Shown: positions 17,201 through 27,347, numbered from the stretch's first letter. The stretch is 62,438 nt of DNA from an uncultured Bdellovibrionales bacterium (GCA_964534945.1 CAZHSB010000004.1:1-62438); one strand, 5' to 3'. A program made the numbers and translations. The notes: generated by a model from the letters alone, not told the origin.

Positions 17201-19522
17201 TTACTCTAATCTCTTACTAATAAGAACTTTTAGCATATCACTTTTTTCTGTTTTTCTTTTATCTTCAAGAAAACTTTTATGCTTAGGATTTGTCATATCA
17301 AGCCTTGAATAAGCAATGGCTCTTGCCATAGGTTCTGGGTGTTTTGCTAATTCCCATATAATATTTTCTGGCAAATCAATTCGTTTATGACTTAAATATC
17401 TTGCTGCTTCAAAATTAAAAATATCTTCTGAGCTTTCATCATTTCTAAATAATAAAATTGATAATACAGTTAAATCATCTGGATTTTCTTCAAAAAACTT
17501 TTCAACAATCGCGTGTTGTTTACTTCCATCTATTAAAAACAATGATAACAATATATAAATTTGATCACGAGATAATTTAGTATTTCCCTCAGCGATAAAC
17601 TCCAATACTTTTTTATTAAGTTTTTTATTCTGCGATAAAACTTTCACTGATTCTTCTCGTATATTTTTCAAAGGATATGATAATAAATCTATATACAATT
17701 GGACATCAAATGTATCTTTAGGAAATTTTCCAACAATAAAACTAAGAAGATCTTGTGCACCGACCTGTTTCCAATCGTTTGTTTTGAAAAAATCAATTAA
17801 CGGCGCTAGAGCCTTACCAAAAAATTCTTTTATAAGCTTATATAACTTATCAGCAGTTATTATTTTTTTATCAACTAGATCAAGTAATATTAATAATTTT
17901 CCCCTAAGTATAAGTTCATTATTTGCAGAATCTGATAAAAATCCTAATATTCCATCATCGTTTTCTCCTAGTACAAAAATATTACTCAATGCCCTACTTG
18001 AAAACTCATCTAACGTTTTTACACCAAGAAGTGATAGCTTTTTAAAAGAGTCACCATAAATTCCAGTTAAATGAGACATTTTATCTAATGACACATTTTT
18101 TAATTGAGATATTGGAGCGTCTAAAGCCACACTTCCTGCAACAGCAAGCGCAATTGATGGGTGCAACTCTTCTAATGCCTGTATTTGTAAACTTTTCTCT
18201 TCTACTGACACTAATTTTGGAACGCTAAGTCTAAACGCTGTATACTTATCATCATCTGTTAAATCATCTTCCCAAAGTGGATTAAAAATTGTTTTCAAAA
18301 TTAAGTTATTAACGTATGGTGAATGTTTCTTCCCTTCAAGAACAAAATTCACAATAGTAATTTGCGCTAAAGAATCCCCTTTTAATGCTTTCGCAACAAT
18401 TTCTTTCATAAAAATTGGCTGATTAGAAGACCAACTATACTCATACTCTAATAATTTTTCTTGATTAGAATTAAATATATTAAGTTTTGGAAGCTTGTCT
18501 TTATTATAAAAAAGAAGGACTCCCAATAAACAAAAAAATAATAAGTAAAGAACTGTTTTGTCTTGTGGCGCATGCATTATAACAGTTTCTGTTCTAGGAA
18601 TCCTAGCAACATATTTTTCTTGTTCTCTAAAATTTACCGTATTTTTACGATCTTTTTCATCATTTAAGTCTTGCTCATTATTCTTTTCAATCTTATTAAA
18701 AATTTTCCCAGTCGGAATCATGTTTTCTTGAAAAGGATTAATCTCTTTTTTTCCACTTTCATCATTATCTAATGGCAAAATTTCTTCTTTTTCTTTCTTC
18801 TTTAATATCACCCCACTTGACATTGGGATAAACGAAGATGTTTCTATCTTATTTATCTTATCTATAGCAATTTTCACAGAATCTTTCGTTAAAGAATCAA
18901 AAATAAAATCTAATGAAATAAAATTAGTTTTTTTAGAAATTTTTTCGAAAAGTTTTTTTAATCCACATATATCATCATTAAAAGATGGTTCATTATTATG
19001 AGAAGAAATATAAGAAAAAATTGGATCAACTAATATATAGCGTTCACCATCAAAAACTATATTATCTTCGTTAATATCACCATGGAAAATACCACTTTTC
19101 CAAAGCAACTCAACATACTGCAAAATGCCAATTATAATTTTTTTCCAATTACGTAAAACTCTTTCAGTTTCAATTTTAAAAGAAAGTAAATCTTCTTTTC
19201 GAAAAAGCTTTCTTTTATACCAAACCTGTTTATCAAACATTCCAAACGATAACAATGCACATAAATTTGCATCATTTAATAATAAAAGTTTTCCCTTGAT
19301 GTCATCTAAATTATCTGCATACATTGGATTAGAAAATCTATAAAGAGATAATTCTTTTAAATTTATAATCCTTGTATCCCAAACATCTTTTTTTAAATCA
19401 CAAGAACATAAATCATCCGTTTCCCCTAGAATTAGCTGATTAACATAATATTCAAAGGTTGACCTTCTCTTAGTATCAAGTTCTGATAATCCAACAATTT
19501 CTGTATAAAAGTTTTCATTCAT
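17201..19522 (-). CDS. membrane-anchored protein with N-terminal kinase-like fold and C-terminal HEAT/ARM-like repeats
   Basis: 773 aa. GIFHGDINEDNIVFDGERYILVDP resembles the catalytic loop plus DFG-like segment of the Kdo/WaaP/RIO-type kinase fold. Central TM segment VLYLLFFCLLGVLLFY. Helical repeats, e.g. HPEPMARAIAYSRL. Confidence 0.5.
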   Translation of the reverse strand: MNENFYTEIVGLSELDTKRRSTFEYYVNQLILGETDDLCSCDLKKDVWDTRIINLKELSLYRFSNPMYADNLDDIKGKLLLLNDANLCALLSFGMFDKQVWYKRKLFRKEDLLSFKIETERVLRNWKKIIIGILQYVELLWKSGIFHGDINEDNIVFDGERYILVDPIFSYISSHNNEPSFNDDICGLKKLFEKISKKTNFISLDFIFDSLTKDSVKIAIDKINKIETSSFIPMSSGVILKKKEKEEILPLDNDESGKKEINPFQENMIPTGKIFNKIEKNNEQDLNDEKDRKNTVNFREQEKYVARIPRTETVIMHAPQDKTVLYLLFFCLLGVLLFYNKDKLPKLNIFNSNQEKLLEYEYSWSSNQPIFMKEIVAKALKGDSLAQITIVNFVLEGKKHSPYVNNLILKTIFNPLWEDDLTDDDKYTAFRLSVPKLVSVEEKSLQIQALEELHPSIALAVAGSVALDAPISQLKNVSLDKMSHLTGIYGDSFKKLSLLGVKTLDEFSSRALSNIFVLGENDDGILGFLSDSANNELILRGKLLILLDLVDKKIITADKLYKLIKEFFGKALAPLIDFFKTNDWKQVGAQDLLSFIVGKFPKDTFDVQLYIDLLSYPLKNIREESVKVLSQNKKLNKKVLEFIAEGNTKLSRDQIYILLSLFLIDGSKQHAIVEKFFEENPDDLTVLSILLFRNDESSEDIFNFEAARYLSHKRIDLPENIIWELAKHPEPMARAIAYSRLDMTNPKHKSFLEDKRKTEKSDMLKVLISKRLE

Positions 19523-19527
19523 TTTAT

Positions 19528-20625
19528 TTACTTTATTTTTTCTACAACAATATCAACGATTTCATCATAACCATATGTTCCTTCAAAAACGCCTTTTACC
19601 TTTAAATTGACGAAATTTGGCGCGCACCAAATACCAATATCTGCGTCATCGCTTTCCCCTGGACCATTTACTCGACAGCCCATAACGGCTATCGTAAAAT
19701 CCTTGTCTTTTGCAAAGGCCGTTGCCTCTTTTATCCTGCTTGCAAGATCGATAAATTTATCTGTTTGAACTCTTGAACATGAGGGACATGAAATAATATT
19801 TAAACCTTTTGTATTATAAGCATCTTTTGGTAAGAACTTCCCATTTTTAATATCATCAAGTATTTGTTTTCCGACTTCAACTTCTTTATATTTTTCTTCA
19901 AATGGGACAGTTAAAGAAACTCTTATTGTATCACCGATTTCTTCTGATATTAAACGTTCCATCGCCACTCGACTTTTTATCTCTCCCATTGGAAGCATTC
20001 CCGCTTCCGTAACTCCAAGATGAAGTGGTACAAAAGGATAAAGATTTGCAAATTTTTCATTTATTTTTATCACCCCATAAGGATTCGAACTCTTTAATGA
20101 AACAAGATAATCTTTAAATCCCAATTTTTCCATCATTTCTACATGGCTTCCTGCAGAATTAATCGCGATATCACCAGAGTCCTCCTTATCTTTTTTTAAT
20201 GATGGATCTAAAGAACCAAAATTAACCCCTATTCTTATCGCGCAATCATTTTCCCCTGCAATATCCACTAAAAATTTTACTTTTTCTTCTATCGTTTTTT
20301 CTTTTTCTATATGATAAAGATGGCCTGGATTATAACGAATCTTTTGGACAAATGGAGCTAAATCTCTAGCTAATAAATAATTTTCTTGCAAATCTACCGA
20401 AATATTAGCATTTGTCTCTTTTCTGATTTCTCGTAAGGCATCAACATCTTCCTTGTTATCAGCAGCAAGCCTTATAATTCCCACTCCTGAATCTTCTAAC
20501 ATCTTAATTTGACTTAATGTTCTTGAGATATCTTGCGTCTTTGAGGAACACATTGACTGAACAACTATTGGATTTTCCCCACCAACCAATAAATTCCCTA
20601 TTTTTATTTCTCTTGTTTTTCTCAT
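19528..20625 (-). CDS. ispG: 4-hydroxy-3-methylbut-2-en-1-yl diphosphate synthase
   Basis: 365 aa. IVVQSM, RIGVNFGSL, HLGVTEAGM, CPSCSR...GCRVNGPGE cluster ligands. Confidence 0.93.
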   Translation of the reverse strand: MRKTREIKIGNLLVGGENPIVVQSMCSSKTQDISRTLSQIKMLEDSGVGIIRLAADNKEDVDALREIRKETNANISVDLQENYLLARDLAPFVQKIRYNPGHLYHIEKEKTIEEKVKFLVDIAGENDCAIRIGVNFGSLDPSLKKDKEDSGDIAINSAGSHVEMMEKLGFKDYLVSLKSSNPYGVIKINEKFANLYPFVPLHLGVTEAGMLPMGEIKSRVAMERLISEEIGDTIRVSLTVPFEEKYKEVEVGKQILDDIKNGKFLPKDAYNTKGLNIISCPSCSRVQTDKFIDLASRIKEATAFAKDKDFTIAVMGCRVNGPGESDDADIGIWCAPNFVNLKVKGVFEGTYGYDEIVDIVVEKIK

Positions 20626-20753
20626 ATATCATTCCATATTAAATAAAAAACATTTATATTCCGACAATAAAATAACACTTGCTAAAAAGCATATTATTTA
20701 TTCTAATATGTATTGATTGTAACTTACAGAGCAATCTTTTAAAAGGGATTAAA

Positions 20754-21287
20754 ATGTATTCTTCAGATGATATAAATGATATTTTTGCAAAAATTACTGA
20801 GTACTATGAAGAACCTATAAAAATTTATTCTCGTTGTCAAAGTCATTATTTTTATAGAGTAGAAAATTTAAGCGAAGATGAATTAAATTTATGTGCAGAA
20901 CACGTTGCTTATAGGCTCAGAAACACCGTATCCCCCCAAGAGCCAAAACTTTTTTTGAAGCTTGCAGGCGGTTATACTTTTTTTGCGGAAAGGCTTTGCG
21001 CTATTTATTCCGAGCTTATTCCAAATGCGGAAGATATTATTTTAGAAAAATATTCTCCAGAAAAATTCTCTAATGGCTATGGAGAAAAATACAAAGGCGT
21101 AAACACTATTTTAATTACTGATATCATTACTACCGCACGATCGACATTGTCGGCACATACAAAATTATCATTACGAGGGATCCCTGTTCTTTCTTGGGTC
21201 TCATTGATCGACAGGACTTTTGGCCCTGGCCCTGTTCCTGTTGTCTCAGCATTTACGGGAGCACCCGTTTCATTACTTAGTATTTGA
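20754..21287 (+). CDS. phosphoribosyltransferase-fold protein
   Basis: PRPP-binding-type motif NTILITDIITTARST. I moved the start to ATG 20754 (AAAGGG SD); the tracked TTG at 20679 coincides with a -35-like TTGCTA. Confidence 0.5.
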   Translation: MYSSDDINDIFAKITEYYEEPIKIYSRCQSHYFYRVENLSEDELNLCAEHVAYRLRNTVSPQEPKLFLKLAGGYTFFAERLCAIYSELIPNAEDIILEKYSPEKFSNGYGEKYKGVNTILITDIITTARSTLSAHTKLSLRGIPVLSWVSLIDRTFGPGPVPVVSAFTGAPVSLLSI

Positions 21288-21309
21288 AACAAACATTACA
21301 GATAAGAAA

Positions 21310-21846
21310 TTATTGCGATTGTGCTTTTTGAAGAGAATCAATTGGTATAATTTTTACGGAATTCGTTTTTCTTTTTATAGGTTTCTCTTTTAGAATCTCA
21401 TCTGAAGTTGGGCGAACAAGATTGCTCTTTGTCACAACATTTTTTAGTTCGTGCAATACAGCTTGTAATGCTTGATTCTTAGCCTTTACTGCCACAAGTT
21501 TTAATGCCAAATCTGCAGATTTAGCAAAATCAGAATTCTTCGAAGATAGCAAAAGCTCTGATTTCATCTTGTCCATATCATTATTTAATGAAGCTTGCTC
21601 TATTTGAAACCTCTCGACAATAGCAAATGTTTTTGCCACTAGATTCTTTTGATTATAAAAACTATCTAACAAATCATATAGCTCTTTTACAAGCTCTGAA
21701 TTCACACTCTTCCACTCAAATATTTGTAAATCAGAATAATTTAACTTATCTTGACTACGCTCCATTTCTGTATATAGCCTTACAGCTTGCCTACTTTTTT
21801 GTAAAAGAGACACTAATCTAGTTTTAAAAGTTCCTGAATCCATCAA
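21310..21846 (-). CDS. hypothetical coiled-coil protein
   Basis: 178 aa, heptad-rich, no recognisable motif. Confidence 0.45.
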   Translation of the reverse strand: MMDSGTFKTRLVSLLQKSRQAVRLYTEMERSQDKLNYSDLQIFEWKSVNSELVKELYDLLDSFYNQKNLVAKTFAIVERFQIEQASLNNDMDKMKSELLLSSKNSDFAKSADLALKLVAVKAKNQALQAVLHELKNVVTKSNLVRPTSDEILKEKPIKRKTNSVKIIPIDSLQKAQSQ

Positions 21847-22003
21847 AAATTTACTACTTCATAAAAAAATATAACTAAAAGATTTCGTTATTATAATCAA
21901 TAAAAAATGAAAAACAAGAAAATATTGAGAATAAAATACGTTGCAGTTAAGAGATTATACTGTAATAATATTTTTAGTAAAAATTTTTTAAAAGAATGAA
22001 AAT

Positions 22004-23383
22004 ATGGAAAAAGATTTAGTTATTATTGGCGCTGGTCCTGGGGGATATACAGCGGCAATCGAAGCTTCTAAGTGCGGACGCAAAGTTACTTTAATAGAAA
22101 AAGAAAACAAATTGGGGGGAACTTGCTTAAATTATGGTTGTATGCCGACAAAATCACTTCTTCACGTTGCAAGAGAAATTGATGGATTAAAAAGTTTACA
22201 AACTAATCACCTTGCCACTTTTGATAATTTTTCAATCAATTATGAAAATATTATTAATTTATCAAGAGAACATGTAGAAAAACTTAATGAAGGCATAAAA
22301 TTTTTAATGAAAAAAAATAATGTTGAAATCATTAATGCAACTGCAGGTTTCATATCTAATGGAAAAATAAAGATTTTTAACAAAGAAGAAAATATTCAGG
22401 CAGAAATAACTGCAAATGATTTTATTATTTCTACTGGAAGTATTCCAAGAGAAATACCAAATATTAAAATTAATGGGACAACTGTACATAATTCAAAAAC
22501 TTTTTTATTAAACAAAAAAATGCCACGACGGGTTTTAGTAATTGGTTCAGGCGCTATTGGGCTTGAATTTGCATCTTTTTTAAATGCAGTCGGATCAGAT
22601 GTCACTATCGTTGAATATATGGATAAAATCATGCCCCAAGCAGATTCAACAATTTCTAATACATTAAAAAGAATTTTAGAAGAAAAAGGAATGAAGATTT
22701 TTACCTCATCTCAAGTTATCGAATTTCATTCAAATGATAAAATAATTGCTAAGATAAAAAATAAAAAGGAACAAATTTTTGATATTGAGGCAAATGCATG
22801 TTTAGTGGCAATCGGGGTAACACCGAATATTGATGGATTAGAGTTAGAAAATACCGATATAAGTACAAATGAAAGAAATTTCATTACCGTTAATGAAAAA
22901 ATGGAGACGACTGCGCCACATCATTTTGCTATTGGAGATGTCATCGGAATGCCAACATTGGCACATGTTGCTATGTATGAGGCAAAAATTCTAGTTAATT
23001 ATCTTTGCAATCTTAACAATAAGTTATTAAAGAGAAATATTCCTCTTTGTTCTTATACAATTCCTCAAGTAGCATCTGTTGGAATTACAGAAGATATGGC
23101 AAAAGAAAAAAATATCGATTACAAAAGCGTTAGAATCCCTTTCTTGGCGAACGGAAAAGCTGTAGTTTCAGAAGAATCTCAAGGGCTAATAAAGCTTATT
23201 TTTGACCCCAAATCAAATATAATATTGGGTTGTCACATTCTTCAAAATGATGCAACAGAGCTTCTTCCTGAGATTATTTTAGCAATGAATGAGGGGATTA
23301 CCATAAAACAAATTGCAAATTCAATCCATGCGCACCCAACATTATCTGAAATTTTATCAGATGCTTGTGCATTAGTAGGATAA
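22004..23383 (+). CDS. lpdA: dihydrolipoyl dehydrogenase
   Basis: 459 aa. GAGPGGY, redox-active GGTCLNYGCMPTK, second Rossmann VIGSGAIGLEF, C-terminal HAHPTLSE. Confidence 0.9.
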   Translation: MEKDLVIIGAGPGGYTAAIEASKCGRKVTLIEKENKLGGTCLNYGCMPTKSLLHVAREIDGLKSLQTNHLATFDNFSINYENIINLSREHVEKLNEGIKFLMKKNNVEIINATAGFISNGKIKIFNKEENIQAEITANDFIISTGSIPREIPNIKINGTTVHNSKTFLLNKKMPRRVLVIGSGAIGLEFASFLNAVGSDVTIVEYMDKIMPQADSTISNTLKRILEEKGMKIFTSSQVIEFHSNDKIIAKIKNKKEQIFDIEANACLVAIGVTPNIDGLELENTDISTNERNFITVNEKMETTAPHHFAIGDVIGMPTLAHVAMYEAKILVNYLCNLNNKLLKRNIPLCSYTIPQVASVGITEDMAKEKNIDYKSVRIPFLANGKAVVSEESQGLIKLIFDPKSNIILGCHILQNDATELLPEIILAMNEGITIKQIANSIHAHPTLSEILSDACALVG

Positions 23384-23399
23384 AATTAGTACTTTTCTC

Positions 23400-23427
23400 T
23401 AAAAATTTTTAAAGAATATACCGATAC
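23400..23427 (+). promoter_or_regulatory. sigma-28 (FliA)-type promoter upstream of cheY
   Basis: TAAA (23400-23403), 16 nt, ACCGATAC (23420-23427), versus consensus TAAA-N15-GCCGATAA. The -10 ends 9 nt before the ATG. Confidence 0.45.
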
Positions 23428-23436
23428 AACTTATAT

Positions 23437-23832
23437 ATGGAATTGGAAAATACCAGAAATTTAACAGCGCCAATATTAATTGTTGACGATCAAGAGTTAA
23501 TGGCAAAATTAACTCGTTCAATTCTTCGTTCTTTAGGATTAACTCAAATAGTAATTTTTTCTTCTTCGGAAGAAGCTTTTGAATACCTATCTCAAAACGA
23601 TGTTTCAATAATAATATCAGATTGGAATATGCCCAAAATAACTGGCCTTGAATTATTAAAAAGAATCCGTGCCCTTGAAAGATTAAAAGAAACACCATTT
23701 TTATTGCTTACTGCCGAAGCAGAGGCAGACAAAATTAAAGAAGCTAAAAAAAACGGGGTAACCGATTATATAACAAAACCTTTCTCACCAAAAACTTTAA
23801 TCGAAAAAATTAGGAATATATTACAACTCTAA
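23437..23832 (+). CDS. cheY: chemotaxis-type single-domain response regulator
   Basis: 131 aa. ILIVDD, ISDWNMPKITGLELLKRIR, LLLTAEA, YITKPFSPKTLIEKI. Close parallel to E. coli CheY motifs. Confidence 0.8.
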   Translation: MELENTRNLTAPILIVDDQELMAKLTRSILRSLGLTQIVIFSSSEEAFEYLSQNDVSIIISDWNMPKITGLELLKRIRALERLKETPFLLLTAEAEADKIKEAKKNGVTDYITKPFSPKTLIEKIRNILQL

Positions 23833-23839
23833 CTTTTTA

Positions 23840-24646
23840 TTAATAAATATTACTTTTCGTTAAAATTTCCACACCATTTTCAGTAACCAATACTGTTTCC
23901 TCCCATTGTGCAGAAAGTTTTTTGTCTCGCGTTTTAACAGTCCAACCATCTATTTGAGAACACATCGTTTTATAAGTCCCCTCATTTATCATTGGTTCCA
24001 CAGTAAAAGTCATTCCTGGCCTCATTATAGGTCCCGTTCCTCTAAACGCAATATGAACAACTTGTGGAAGCTCATGAAAAACGCTCCCAATACCATGCCC
24101 TGTATAATCTCTTACAATCCCATAATCTTTTTTTAAACTCTTTATATAACGAGCTATCACAGAACCGATGTCTCCTATGTAATTCCCAGGTTTTACTTCT
24201 TTTATTCCAATATCCATTGCTTCTTTCGCCGCCTCAACTAAACTTATGGCTTTTGAGGAGCAAGCGTGTTTTCCCCCAACGTAGTACATACGGCTTGCAT
24301 CACCGTAATATCCATTTAAGATTGAAGTTACATCTATGTTTATTATGTCTCCCTCTTTTAAAATTTCTTTTTCATTTGGAATGCCATGACATACAACTTC
24401 ATTTATAGATGTGCAAACAGATTTCGGGAAACCTTTATAATTAAGTGGCGCTGGTGTTGCGCCTAATTCCAATGTAAGCCCATGAACAAACGTATTAATA
24501 TCTTCTGTTGAAATCCCAGGTTTTACAATATCGTGAACATCATCTAAGATTTTTGCTGTGACTTTCCCTACAGCACGCATTTTTTCAATCTCTTCTTGCG
24601 TCTTTATTGAAATAGAATCCAAGTATCCCCCTTTTAAAGAAAACAA
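23840..24646 (-). CDS. map: type I methionine aminopeptidase
   Basis: 268 aa. VCHGIP, DVTSILNGYYGD, YTGHGIG, FTVEPM, QWEETVLVT metal-ligand pattern. Confidence 0.92.
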   Translation of the reverse strand: MFSLKGGYLDSISIKTQEEIEKMRAVGKVTAKILDDVHDIVKPGISTEDINTFVHGLTLELGATPAPLNYKGFPKSVCTSINEVVCHGIPNEKEILKEGDIINIDVTSILNGYYGDASRMYYVGGKHACSSKAISLVEAAKEAMDIGIKEVKPGNYIGDIGSVIARYIKSLKKDYGIVRDYTGHGIGSVFHELPQVVHIAFRGTGPIMRPGMTFTVEPMINEGTYKTMCSQIDGWTVKTRDKKLSAQWEETVLVTENGVEILTKSNIY

Positions 24647-24652
24647 AAAAAT

Positions 24653-25513
24653 TTAAACTTCTTCCTTTTTAAAAGCTCTAACTGCCATGTTATTCTCATT
24701 TGCTAATTTTTGAAAGACTACAGGATCAATAATAACCGTTTTGTCCGCTTCTATTGCAAGTGCTGTAAGCTTTGCTGTTATCATATTTTCTATAGTTTTA
24801 GGTCCGACCGTTGGTAAATCTATTCTCAGATCTTGTTGTGGCTTTACGAGCTTAACGATAACTCCTTTTTTACTCTTTGCACTTTTTTGTATCAGTTCTC
24901 CTGCACGCAAAATCATCATGTCTGTTCCTTCTACAGCCTCAACAGCGACAATTAACCCATCTGCCACCACTACACTTTGACCAATATCAAAAGAGCCTAT
25001 TCCTTTAACAACATTCCAACCAAAGTTTACGTCTGATAGTTCCTGAGGTGAAAAGTCTCTTTTCGTAAGTAATCCTTCTTTTGCCACACTTTCAGAAAGT
25101 AATACTGTAGGAGAAATTACCTTTACACCATATTCTTTTAATTCATTAGATATAAATCGAAACAAGACATCATCTCTTATCGTTTTTGCTTTTGCCAACA
25201 AGCAAAGTCCCTTTATATCTATTCTAAGATTTCCAAAGAGTTTTATTCTTTTAACTCCACCAGCAAACGCCACTTGTTTTATTTCTTCTTTTTTTAAAAT
25301 TTTTAAAAACTTTCCGAACTCTCCGACTTTTAGTTGATACCAACTAGACGCCAAAGTTTTTAGCTCACCTAAAGCTTCATCTTTTAGCGCGATTACAACA
25401 ACCTCTATTCCCCTTAATTTCGCATTTTTGACAAATTGCACTGGAAAACTTCCATTGCCAGCAACAAGCGCTATCTTACTATCTAAAGTTTCGCTATGTA
25501 TATCATTATTCAT
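24653..25513 (-). CDS. lpxI: UDP-2,3-diacylglucosamine pyrophosphatase LpxI (DUF1009)
   Basis: 286 aa. FDIGQSVVVADGLIVAVEAVEGTDMMILRAG and KPQQDLRIDLPTVGPKTIE match the LpxI signature. Directly downstream of lpxA. Confidence 0.82.
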   Translation of the reverse strand: MNNDIHSETLDSKIALVAGNGSFPVQFVKNAKLRGIEVVVIALKDEALGELKTLASSWYQLKVGEFGKFLKILKKEEIKQVAFAGGVKRIKLFGNLRIDIKGLCLLAKAKTIRDDVLFRFISNELKEYGVKVISPTVLLSESVAKEGLLTKRDFSPQELSDVNFGWNVVKGIGSFDIGQSVVVADGLIVAVEAVEGTDMMILRAGELIQKSAKSKKGVIVKLVKPQQDLRIDLPTVGPKTIENMITAKLTALAIEADKTVIIDPVVFQKLANENNMAVRAFKKEEV

Positions 25514-25531
25514 TTTGAAAAATACTAAATA

Positions 25532-26356
25532 TTATGATTGTTCCGTATCTTCTGTACTGCCGACAGTTCTTCGAGATAGAGTAAAGCCTCTAACAGAATC
25601 TTCAGATAAAAATTTTAAGAACATACGACCCAACTCAAAATCATATTCTGGATCCATTTTTAAAGATTCAACTCTATCTTTAAAACGCCCCTCGCCTAAA
25701 AAGACCTTTCTATAAAGTTTTCTAATTTTTAATATATGATCTTTTTCAAGATTCGCTCTCATAAGGCCTACTTGATTTATCCCAACAAGTCCAGCTCTAT
25801 CCCCCTGTGCATAACAAAATGGTGCAATATCACGAGTAACCATCGCGCCACCGCCGACAAAGGCTCGTTCCCCTATACGTGTAAATTGATGTATTGCACT
25901 CAACCCCCCTACGATAACATTGTTTGCAACCGTCACATGTCCTGCCATCGTTGCACAATTTGCAAACACATTGTTATTTCCGACAATTACATCATGAGCC
26001 ACATGACAATATGCCATAAATAGATTATTATCACCTATTTGCGTTTTCATGATTCCTGTTTTTGTACCTTTATGAATTGTAACGCATTCTCTAATCTTAT
26101 TATTATTTCCTATAAACAATTCTGAATCTTCACCTGCAAATTTTAAATCTTGCGGATTAGCGCCAACTGAAGCAAATTGATAAATTTGATTTGAATCTCC
26201 AATCGTTGTCTTGCCATCGATTACAACATTAGAATATATTTTATTATTTTTGCCTATCTTAACATTTGGACCTATTACTGAAAAAGGGCCTATTTCTGTT
26301 CCCTCTCCGATTTCCGCACCATCTGCCACAACTGCCAATTTATGAATATTTACCAT
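25532..26356 (-). CDS. lpxA: acyl-ACP--UDP-N-acetylglucosamine O-acyltransferase
   Basis: 274 aa. Hexapeptide repeats, MAYCHVAHDVIVGNN, GGLSAIHQFTRIG, GLVGINQVGLMR. Confidence 0.92.
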   Translation of the reverse strand: MVNIHKLAVVADGAEIGEGTEIGPFSVIGPNVKIGKNNKIYSNVVIDGKTTIGDSNQIYQFASVGANPQDLKFAGEDSELFIGNNNKIRECVTIHKGTKTGIMKTQIGDNNLFMAYCHVAHDVIVGNNNVFANCATMAGHVTVANNVIVGGLSAIHQFTRIGERAFVGGGAMVTRDIAPFCYAQGDRAGLVGINQVGLMRANLEKDHILKIRKLYRKVFLGEGRFKDRVESLKMDPEYDFELGRMFLKFLSEDSVRGFTLSRRTVGSTEDTEQS

Positions 26357-26358
26357 TT

Positions 26359-26805
26359 TTACTTCTCCGCTGCTGATATAATTCCATTTGCCACGATCTC
26401 ACCATTAACGGTAGCAGTGGCTTGCATTTTCCACAAGAAACTTTTTTTTAACAAAAGTTTCATCTCTATATATAAAACATCTCCTGGACGAACTTGCTTT
26501 CTCCATTTGAAATTTTCTGTACCAACAAGATAAAATGTTTTTGATAAATCAGCTCCCTCACGTGTTCTGGCTAAAAAAGCGCCTGCTTGAGCCATCGCTT
26601 CAAGGACGAGTACTCCTGGCATCAATGGAAAATCTGGAAAATGACCTTGAAAAAACCACTCATTATAAGTGACATTTTTAACAGCTATAACCTTGTCCCC
26701 GTCTTCTTTTTCAATAATTTTATCAATCATTAAAAAGGGATACCGATGTGGCAATATCTTTTTTATATCATCAACATCATATAGTGGTTTTGTATCACAT
26801 ACCAT
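26359..26805 (-). CDS. fabZ: 3-hydroxyacyl-ACP dehydratase
   Basis: 148 aa. LPHRYPFLMIDKI, FFQGHFPDFPLMPGVLVLEAMAQ. Confidence 0.93.
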   Translation of the reverse strand: MVCDTKPLYDVDDIKKILPHRYPFLMIDKIIEKEDGDKVIAVKNVTYNEWFFQGHFPDFPLMPGVLVLEAMAQAGAFLARTREGADLSKTFYLVGTENFKWRKQVRPGDVLYIEMKLLLKKSFLWKMQATATVNGEIVANGIISAAEK

Positions 26806-26843
26806 AAAATAATAACTCCTTAAATAATCCTTAAAAATTTTAT

Positions 26844-27347
26844 CTATTCAAACAAATCTATAACATCGTCTGTGATATCATATTCATCATTTGCGTATAT
26901 AACGAAAGCATCTCCTTTTTGCAAGACTAATGAATAGCCATTCTTTTTCGATAGATCTTGAACAATTTTCTGAATTTTTGAAAGCAGGCTTTTAAAAAGT
27001 GCATTCTTTTTTGTCGCATACATTTCTTTTTTATCATTAAACTCAAGCATTAAGTCTCTTTCTTCTTTTTGGATTTCTCTTTGTTTTGTTTCCAAAGCAG
27101 AAGATGATAAGAGTGGAGCCTTTTGCAATAAATCAGAGCGTTTCTTATCTATTGCTTTTTTCTTATTCTCTAGCACTTTATAATCGGCCTCCATCGCACG
27201 TTTTAGTCCTTCTAATGCCTTTTTAGAAGATTTTGATTCAGCTAAGACTTTATTAAAATCGACAAAATAAACTTTTTCATCACCAGCAAATGCAAAATTA
27301 GCTTGTAACATAACTAAAGCTAATACAAAAAAAACTATTTTCCTCAT
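26844..27347 (-). CDS. skp: periplasmic chaperone Skp/OmpH family
   Basis: 167 aa. Signal peptide, coiled-coil K/E-rich core, and position upstream of fabZ-lpxA. Confidence 0.75.
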   Translation of the reverse strand: MRKIVFFVLALVMLQANFAFAGDEKVYFVDFNKVLAESKSSKKALEGLKRAMEADYKVLENKKKAIDKKRSDLLQKAPLLSSSALETKQREIQKEERDLMLEFNDKKEMYATKKNALFKSLLSKIQKIVQDLSKKNGYSLVLQKGDAFVIYANDEYDITDDVIDLFE

